Source of the DNA: Verrucomicrobiales bacterium
GTDB lineage: Bacteria > Verrucomicrobiota > Verrucomicrobiia > Verrucomicrobiales > V1-33
Assembly (NCBI GenBank): GCA_031411295.1
Contig: JANOAV010000156.1
Location: 1-53,647 of the forward strand
Direction of reading: 5' to 3'
DNA: 53,647 nt
Position numbers and translations under genes: made by a program. The notes under the pieces were generated by a model. That model worked only from the letters and a program-made list of their open reading frames with translations, had not been told where the DNA came from and searched no databases. Below, one piece after another: positions 47,074-53,647 of the stretch (position 1 is its first letter; each line of letters opens with the position of its first letter).

Positions 47074-48771
47074 ATGATAGGAATTGATCTCGGCACTACT
47101 AACAGCCTCGTGGCGATTATGCGCGACGGAGCGCCTGTCGTTTTGGAAAACGAACAGGGCGAAACCTTGACCCCATCGGCCATCGCGATTGCGGAAGATG
47201 GCGGTATCTTGGTGGGCCGGGCGGCCAAGGATCGACTGGTCACGGCTCCTGATTCCGGCAAGGCGTTCTTCAAACGGGACATGGGCACGGACGTGCGCTA
47301 TTCCTTCGGCAAACGCCGCTGGTCCCCAGTCGAATGTTCCGCCCAAATCCTGAAGGAAATGAAGCGGATTGCGGAACTGCGCCTCGGAACCCCGGTGGAT
47401 CGGGCCGTCATCACGGTGCCAGCGTATTTCCATGATCTCCAGCGAGCCGCCACGGCTGAAGCGGCCAAACTCGCGGGCTTGAAGGTGGATCGTCTGCTCA
47501 ATGAACCCACCGCCGCCGCTCTGGCGCATGGATTCAAGAAACCGGGTGATGACAGCACCCTGTTAGTCTTCGACCTCGGCGGGGGCACTTTCGATGTCAC
47601 GCTGCTTGAAGTGTTCGATGGCGTCGTGGAAGTTAAGGCCAGCGCGGGCGAATCCAGATTGGGTGGTGAAGACTACACGGATCAACTTTCCCAGTGGATC
47701 ATGAAGGAATACCATTACCAACCCTCCACCGCCGAATCCGGCCGTTGGCGGGCGAAGATCGAGCAATTGAAACGTCGCCTCAGCGCTGAGCAGAAGGCGG
47801 TCATTGAACTCGGTGACGTGCAGGTGCCGGTGACTCGGGAAGATTTCCAAGCTGCCACCACCGATCTCACCGCTCGCCTCTGGCCAGTCGTGCGACGCTG
47901 TCTGCGCGATGCGGGCGTGACCCCGAAACACTTAAATGCCGTGCTCATCGTCGGCGGTGCCAGTCGGATGCCCATAATTACTGAAGGCATTCTGGATGTG
48001 CTGCAGCTCGCCCCGCAAACCAATCTGGATCCTGATCGGGTCATCGCGCTGGGTGCCGCCGTGCAGCAAGCCTTGTGCGATGGCTCGGAGGACGTGGGCG
48101 ACTTGGTGCTAACGGATGTTTGCCCGCATACTCTGGGCGTCAGCGTTTCCAAGCAATTGGCCCCAGGGCATCATGAACCCGGCTATTTTGAGCCCATGAT
48201 TGATCGGAATACCACCGTGCCTGTCAGCCGTAGCAAACCGTTCAACACGCTGCATCCGCAGCAGGACGAAATTAAGATTCAGGTCTTCCAGGGCGAAAGC
48301 CGCATGGTGACCGAGAATCAATTGATCGGTGAGATCAACATCAAAGGACTGCGCCACCAGCCCGGTCAACGCTATCCTGGCGTGGTGGACACCCGGTTCA
48401 CCTACGACATGAATGGCCTGCTGGAAGTGGAAGTGACGAATCTAAACACGGGTCTGAAAACCAATAAAGTTTTCCAGCAGCGTCCGGGTTCCCTCAGCGA
48501 ATCCGAAATCAAGACCGCCCTGGAGCGCTTGGCACCGCTGAAACAGCACCCGCGGGATGCTCCGGAGCATCGGGCCCGCAGCGAGCGCGCGAACCGGCTC
48601 TTTGCGGAACTCAGCGGACCGCTGCGCAGTCAGTTAAGTGAGTTCATTGATCATTTCGAAGGGGCCTTGTCCATGCAAGACCCTAACTTGATTCAGGCCA
48701 CGGCAGAGGATTTAGATCGCTTTATGTCCCCCTTCTTTCGTTCTGAGGAAGAAGATCATCCCCCATTTTAA
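47074..48771 (+). CDS. hscC: Hsp70 family chaperone, HscC-like
   Basis: IGIDLGTTNS, ITVPAYF, NEPTAAA, FDLGGGTFDV, LGGED, VGGASRMP, LTDVCP, PMIDRNTTVPVSR, RFTYDMNGLLEVEV; 565 aa. Confidence 0.85.
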   Translation: MIGIDLGTTNSLVAIMRDGAPVVLENEQGETLTPSAIAIAEDGGILVGRAAKDRLVTAPDSGKAFFKRDMGTDVRYSFGKRRWSPVECSAQILKEMKRIAELRLGTPVDRAVITVPAYFHDLQRAATAEAAKLAGLKVDRLLNEPTAAALAHGFKKPGDDSTLLVFDLGGGTFDVTLLEVFDGVVEVKASAGESRLGGEDYTDQLSQWIMKEYHYQPSTAESGRWRAKIEQLKRRLSAEQKAVIELGDVQVPVTREDFQAATTDLTARLWPVVRRCLRDAGVTPKHLNAVLIVGGASRMPIITEGILDVLQLAPQTNLDPDRVIALGAAVQQALCDGSEDVGDLVLTDVCPHTLGVSVSKQLAPGHHEPGYFEPMIDRNTTVPVSRSKPFNTLHPQQDEIKIQVFQGESRMVTENQLIGEINIKGLRHQPGQRYPGVVDTRFTYDMNGLLEVEVTNLNTGLKTNKVFQQRPGSLSESEIKTALERLAPLKQHPRDAPEHRARSERANRLFAELSGPLRSQLSEFIDHFEGALSMQDPNLIQATAEDLDRFMSPFFRSEEEDHPPF

Positions 48772-48788
48772 ATCGGGTAAATTTCCGC

Positions 48789-50162
48789 ATGGAACCACTC
48801 CCGCCCGAGCCTTGGGACATTCTCCAACTCGACCCCGCTACGGCCACCGAGCGGGATGTGAAGCGCGCTTATGCCCGCTTGATCAAATCGTATCGGCCAG
48901 ACACCAATCCCGCCGAATTCCAGCAGGTGCGGGAGGCCTATGAATATGCCCTGCATGTGCTGCGGCAGGAACCAGCAACGGCTCCGGTCATTCCCACCGA
49001 GTTTCCTCAGGGCGAGGTGCCACCAGCAGCGGAACCAGCCAGTGTCGAGCTGCCGGAAGATTTCCAGGCAGCCCTGGCCGATGTCCAGTATAGCGTGGCC
49101 CATCCCACGACGTCCTCGCTGACGGCATCGTTTGCCAAACTGCGGAATTTGGTCCTGCCGCAGGTGCCACTCCTCCCCGCGTGGGAACATGCCCTGCTCC
49201 AAGTCTTCGCTGACCAGCCGCAGACTTTGGGTAAATTGTTGGAGCCCGAAGCCATCTTCCGGCTCCTCAGTTACGACTGCACCGCTCTGGCGAACCTGGC
49301 GGTGGAGCAGTGGTATCTGGAAGGTCTGACCCTGCGTTTGGCCCAACTGGCAAACCGATGTGATGCCATGCGACCTCCGCTGGAGAGCCCCCCAGTGGTG
49401 ATGCTCCAGATGCGGCTAGCCATGCTGGTGGCATTTGTCAATCTGCCGGTCTCCCATCGACTCGCCAATACCCACTATCCCAAGCTCCCGCCCAACGTCC
49501 GGGACTGGGTCATGCCCCGCCTGGAGAACCGGATGTCCGCAGCCAAACTTTTCGAAATGCTGCCGCTGGAAACGCGTCGCTTCTGGGAGCGACGCCTGTT
49601 TCCCGAAGACAATGAAACCGTGGAATGGGATCTGGCTACCGTGGAACCGAACTATCGGGAAATCACCCTCCGCTGCCCCCTGAGCTGGCCGGGCTACAAC
49701 CTGCTGCGAGAAGTCATTCCGCCTTCGGTCCTCCAAGCCCTCAGGAGCCGGAGCCAGACCGCTGTTCGGAGCACCAAGCTGAGTTCGACCCCAGACGCCG
49801 GACGGAAGGAACCCGCGTTCTCTGCCTGGTTTGTTCGCGCGGTGCTGCTGTTCATTTATCTGGCCTACCGTGGCGTCAGCAGCTGTAACTCCTCAACTCC
49901 AAACTACACGCAAGATCGGGAAAGCACCCGGCGTATGCTGGACAATCTCTCCACTTCCGCTGACCTGCCGAAGGATATCAATGTTTTGATTCTAAAGCGG
50001 GATGCCCTCAAGGTCACGTTGGAGCGCACCCCTGAATACCGCGCTTGGAAACTTGGCAACCTCAAGGAACTGCCGCTGCCATACCAACATTTGCAGCAGC
50101 AATTACTGCGCTTGAATGAGGAAATCGATCGGCGCAAATCCGAAACGATGCTCAAACGGTAA
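48789..50162 (+). CDS. J-domain membrane protein (DjlB/DjlC-like partner of HscC)
   Basis: PWDILQL......RDVKRAYARLIKSYRPDTNPAEFQQVREAYE; TM AWFVRAVLLFIYLAY near the C-terminus; 17 bp after the Hsp70 gene. Confidence 0.8.
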   Translation: MEPLPPEPWDILQLDPATATERDVKRAYARLIKSYRPDTNPAEFQQVREAYEYALHVLRQEPATAPVIPTEFPQGEVPPAAEPASVELPEDFQAALADVQYSVAHPTTSSLTASFAKLRNLVLPQVPLLPAWEHALLQVFADQPQTLGKLLEPEAIFRLLSYDCTALANLAVEQWYLEGLTLRLAQLANRCDAMRPPLESPPVVMLQMRLAMLVAFVNLPVSHRLANTHYPKLPPNVRDWVMPRLENRMSAAKLFEMLPLETRRFWERRLFPEDNETVEWDLATVEPNYREITLRCPLSWPGYNLLREVIPPSVLQALRSRSQTAVRSTKLSSTPDAGRKEPAFSAWFVRAVLLFIYLAYRGVSSCNSSTPNYTQDRESTRRMLDNLSTSADLPKDINVLILKRDALKVTLERTPEYRAWKLGNLKELPLPYQHLQQQLLRLNEEIDRRKSETMLKR

Positions 50163-50167
50163 GCCCG

Positions 50168-50200
50168 AAAAAAAGCCGAGCCCCCGGGAGGGGACTCGGC
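50168..50200 (-). terminator. Intrinsic terminator oriented for a minus-strand transcript
   Basis: Minus strand GCCGAGTCCCC-TCCC-GGGGGCTCGGC-TTTTTTT; stem fully paired (one G-U) only on this strand. Confidence 0.75.
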
Positions 50201-50752
50201 CATTTGCAAAAGATCAGTAACAAGTTAAGTATCAGTGAGTAAACAACGGTTTTACCAAACCCTCCGCTAAGAAGAAAGCAGCATTAGAGGAACCAACAAA
50301 ACCTTACCTCTCTTCAACCCAAACCGCCTGATCCAAGCAAAATCTGATGTCATGGCTGCGTCCCGTTTTGGCAACAATACCGTGGCCGTAGGCCAGAAGC
50401 AGGTGACAAGGGAATGCGACATAACGAGAAGGAATTTGGAGGAAGAATCGTTAAGATGTGTGCACTATTCGCGCTTCTAGTGAGTTTTTCCACTTAAATT
50501 TTCACAAAAGTATATACTACCCACAAGAATCTGAACCTCAAGCAGTTGCGAATGTTTCACCGTCGCAAGCCAAGTGCTTGGATAGCCCTTGGGATAATTT
50601 CGCTGATTACTTCCACTTTGTGAATCCAACCAATCGATGGCCGAAAAAAACGGAAAAAGACGAAAAAATAATTCTCTGAGTCACTCACCAACCAATTCTT
50701 TTCGGCCTTTTTTTGTTTTTTTCGGCAAAATAAAAAATGTAACAATGCAGCA

Positions 50753-51700
50753 TCACGGGTTCACTACATTCTTCGATGCGCCCGCTTGAAAGGCGGCCAC
50801 ATTGGCCACCACTGCACCCAATAACCGCTGGCGCGCAGCCTTGGTCGCCCAGCCCAAGTGAGGGGTGATGAGGCAATTCGGAGCGTTGATGAGCGGATTC
50901 CCGGGAGCGGGCGGCTCGACGCTGAGGACATCCAATCCCGCACCGGCAATGACGCCAGCCGAGAGAGCCTCCGCCAGATCAGATTCAACAATCAGCGGAC
51001 CTCGACCGGTGTTAATCAGGAGCGCACTGGGCTTCATTTGCCGGAGTCGTTCCGCATTGATCAACCCCTGGGTTGTTTCTGTCAGGGGACAGTGCAGGGA
51101 AATGATATCGCTCGTGGCCAGCAGCTCATCCAGCGAAACGTGCTTCACATCTGGTTGCGGGGTGCGTGTGTGAACTTGGACGGCCATGCCAAAAGCACTG
51201 CCCACCGCCGCCACGGCCTTGCCGATGGCTCCATAGCCGATAATTCCCAAAGTCATCCCCTGTAGCTCCCGCAACGGAGCCATGGTGAAACTGAAGTCTG
51301 GACAACGCGACCACTCCCCCGCCCGCACCGCTTGCCCGTGGACACCGACATGATTGCACAGCTCCAGAATCAAGGACCAAACCAATTGCGCCACGCTGGC
51401 AGCGCCATACCCCGGGACATTAGAAACTGGAATCCCCTGGGTGCGGGCAGCAGCAATGTCCACGACATTGTAACCCGTCGCCAGCACGCCTATGAAACGC
51501 AGTTCCGGAAGTGCCGCCAAGGTGGCGGCGGTTACCGGGGTCTTGTTGGTTAGCAGGATTTCCGCCCCGGCGGCCCGTTGGATGATCTCCGTCGGGCCCG
51601 TGCGATCATGAATCTCCACCGACCCCAATGCTTGTAAGGGACTCCAATCCAGATCACCGGGATTCAACGTGAAACCATCTAATATCACTATTCTCTGCAT
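50753..51700 (-). CDS. D-2-hydroxyacid dehydrogenase (glycerate dehydrogenase/HprA-like)
   Basis: Start at ATG 51700 (MQRIVILDGFTLNPGDL), ATGYNVVD, GIIGYGAIG, SLHCPLT, INTGRG, GLDVL..EPP, ITPHLGW. Confidence 0.92.
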   Translation of the reverse strand: MQRIVILDGFTLNPGDLDWSPLQALGSVEIHDRTGPTEIIQRAAGAEILLTNKTPVTAATLAALPELRFIGVLATGYNVVDIAAARTQGIPVSNVPGYGAASVAQLVWSLILELCNHVGVHGQAVRAGEWSRCPDFSFTMAPLRELQGMTLGIIGYGAIGKAVAAVGSAFGMAVQVHTRTPQPDVKHVSLDELLATSDIISLHCPLTETTQGLINAERLRQMKPSALLINTGRGPLIVESDLAEALSAGVIAGAGLDVLSVEPPAPGNPLINAPNCLITPHLGWATKAARQRLLGAVVANVAAFQAGASKNVVNP

Positions 51701-51840
51701 TCCGTGGCATAATGAATAACTCACTGAACTGCAAGAGCCTATTAGGGATTTCAACATCTCAACGCGGTATTTTTTCCTGAGCGGCGTAAAGCCATCGTGG
51801 CGGGGTTGACGGACGGCAGGTCCGGGCACTAGGATGCTGC

Positions 51841-53574
51841 ATGCATCTGCGAATTTTCTCCTGCTTGGCGATCAGCCTTCTAGCCTTGCGCTTCAGCGCT
51901 GGGGCGGCCTTGCCAGCGTATTCGGAGAGCGCGGCGCAAGCATGGTGGTCCTCCCGCCCAGCCCAAGTGGATTATCCCGCTGAAGCCGCGAAACTAAAGT
52001 CAACGCTGCTGGCCACTCAGCAGGAAGGGCCTGCCGATCTGGCGGGCGCAGTGACCCAGACCAAGTTTCAAGGCTGGCTTGAGCTGGCTTGCTGGTTAAA
52101 TCTCTACCCCAGTGAGCCCAAAGAAAGTTTCCTGACTTCGGCGGAAGGTCGCGCCGTGTTTGCCAAAGTTGGTGCGGACTCGGCGGTGCGGCAACTCTTC
52201 CTGGCGCATTTGTCGGCGTTTGATGATGCCAAGAAGGCTCTGGAAATCTTCTGTCGCATCGCTCATGCCGAGCCCATGAATTTTCGTCGCCTCCCTCAGT
52301 TGGCGCTGGCATTCGCATTAGTCTGGGACCAACCCTTCCCGACCGAATGGCCGCACCGCTACGTGGATCCCAAGAAAATTCCGCTCGGAGACAGCGATCC
52401 CGTAGCTCGATTCCAAGCCTATTGCAAGATTGCCCAAGGCCTGACCATTCGGCCGGGAGAGGTGCGCACCTTCCTGATTGATCCGGCCCGGCTAGCCACG
52501 CGCGATCTGATGTTTGTGGTAGATACCCCATTGGATTTCAAGGAGTTAAACTACATTTTACAAGTTAAACTCAACGATCCCAGCCGCCTCAACGACCTTT
52601 TTCCTCAGGTGCCTTATGATGCTCCGCGGATGAATCGGGGGGAACTCCAGTGGCCGCATGAATCCTATCGGCTAATCGAGATTGGCAAGCAAGGGGGTAT
52701 CTGTGCCGACCAAGCCTATTTCGTAGCCATGGCCGGCAAGGCGCAAGGCATCCCGACGGTGCTGCTGTTTGGACAAGGCACCACCGGTGGTCATGCCTGG
52801 GTCGGTTATGAGGGTGCCCCCGGAACGTGGAGCTTGAACGTGGCCCGCTACAAAGAAGGAAACTATACCAGCGGCCGGACCTACGATCCCCAGACTTGGC
52901 GCAGCCTGACCGACTCCCAGTTGGCCTTTCTCACCCGTGAACCCACCAATTCCGCGAGCGCCCTGAAGGGTCGCCTGCTGATGCACTGGGCTCAGATGAA
53001 TAAACAGGAGGACTGGTATCCCGCCATGCTGGGACTGTCGCGCACCGCCTGGTTGCGGAGCTTCGACATTTGGGAACTGCAGGCGCAGTGCCTGGAAGAT
53101 CGCAAGATGGCGGAAGCCTCCCGCGTGGCCTTCTGGGAGCGCTGGAGCGAGACCTTTCGGGAGGATCGGGACATGCGATTCCGCGGCCAGAGCGCGTTGT
53201 TGAAAATTTATGAAACCAACGGCAACACGGCCGCAGCCAACAAGTTACGCGCCCTAATGATGCAGGAGAGCCAGCATGCCAGATTCGATCTAGCCATCCG
53301 TCTGGCCGCAGCCCCTGTGTTCGATTTGGTGAATGCCAAAAAGTGGCCGGAGGCGCAGCAGGCCTACCTGGAGCTACTGAAACGCCAAGCTCGGGAGGCC
53401 GAGGGAAATTTATTCTACAACTTGGTTCAGCCTTACATCGAGCAAGCGTTGCAGGCTGGGCAGAAGGAACTCGCAGCCGCCGCGTTCCGCACGGCCAAGC
53501 CATTGTTCAAGATCGTTCCCCTCAGCACCCTGGCCGTGGATTTCAAGGCGCTGGAAACTGAGTTAGGATTGTGA
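51841..53574 (+). CDS. Secreted protein with transglutaminase-like (Cys-His) core and helical C-terminus
   Basis: Signal peptide; GGICADQAYF...GKAQGIPT...GHAWVGY. Confidence 0.7.
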   Translation: MHLRIFSCLAISLLALRFSAGAALPAYSESAAQAWWSSRPAQVDYPAEAAKLKSTLLATQQEGPADLAGAVTQTKFQGWLELACWLNLYPSEPKESFLTSAEGRAVFAKVGADSAVRQLFLAHLSAFDDAKKALEIFCRIAHAEPMNFRRLPQLALAFALVWDQPFPTEWPHRYVDPKKIPLGDSDPVARFQAYCKIAQGLTIRPGEVRTFLIDPARLATRDLMFVVDTPLDFKELNYILQVKLNDPSRLNDLFPQVPYDAPRMNRGELQWPHESYRLIEIGKQGGICADQAYFVAMAGKAQGIPTVLLFGQGTTGGHAWVGYEGAPGTWSLNVARYKEGNYTSGRTYDPQTWRSLTDSQLAFLTREPTNSASALKGRLLMHWAQMNKQEDWYPAMLGLSRTAWLRSFDIWELQAQCLEDRKMAEASRVAFWERWSETFREDRDMRFRGQSALLKIYETNGNTAAANKLRALMMQESQHARFDLAIRLAAAPVFDLVNAKKWPEAQQAYLELLKRQAREAEGNLFYNLVQPYIEQALQAGQKELAAAAFRTAKPLFKIVPLSTLAVDFKALETELGL

Positions 53575-53580
53575 AGTAAG

Positions 53581-53647
53581 GTGGTCCGCACAGTCCTCTG
53601 TGCGGTGCATCATGAGGGGAATCCGCACAGAGGACTGTGCGGACCAC
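53581..53647. repeat. REPIN-like doublet: perfect 25-bp inverted repeats, each a GTGG-type REP hairpin
   Basis: GTGGTCCGCACAGTCCTCTGTGCGG (53581-53605) and its exact reverse complement (53623-53647); internal hairpin CCGCACAG-TCCT-CTGTGCGG. Confidence 0.85.

Noticed and set aside
53581..53647. Possible CRISPR repeat
   Set aside because: Copies are inverted rather than direct, only two are present, and no cas genes are seen

Overview
Gene-dense, moderately GC-rich bacterial chromosomal segment. The lineage is most likely Verrucomicrobiota (PVC), inferred from gene content and from C/A-rich leaders lacking Shine-Dalgarno motifs. Housekeeping genes include ubiE/menG, bamA, xth, ffh, proA, tRNA-Leu(CAG) and an initiator tRNA-Met. 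The accessory content is: (i) a compact type IV filament (pilus/T2SS-like) locus at 15986-26745 whose only ATPase is PilT-like, with a divergent Gly-rich secretin; (ii) a RAYT-type HUH (Y1) transposase next to a 5'-truncated Rhs toxin with an unassigned C-terminal domain and an ankyrin-repeat putative immunity gene, the toxin-immunity pair bracketed by a 12/14 inverted motif; (iii) three different REP/REPIN-like palindromic elements; (iv) short decayed remnants resembling an IS630 transposase and an AbiEi antitoxin; (v) an HscC-like Hsp70 with a J-domain partner carrying RPD instead of HPD; (vi) a candidate minus-strand sRNA or small-ORF transcript at about 50.2-50.45 kb. A large autotransporter-repeat gene missed by the ORF track runs off the left edge. 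All family assignments come from motif recognition by eye; no database searches were run.
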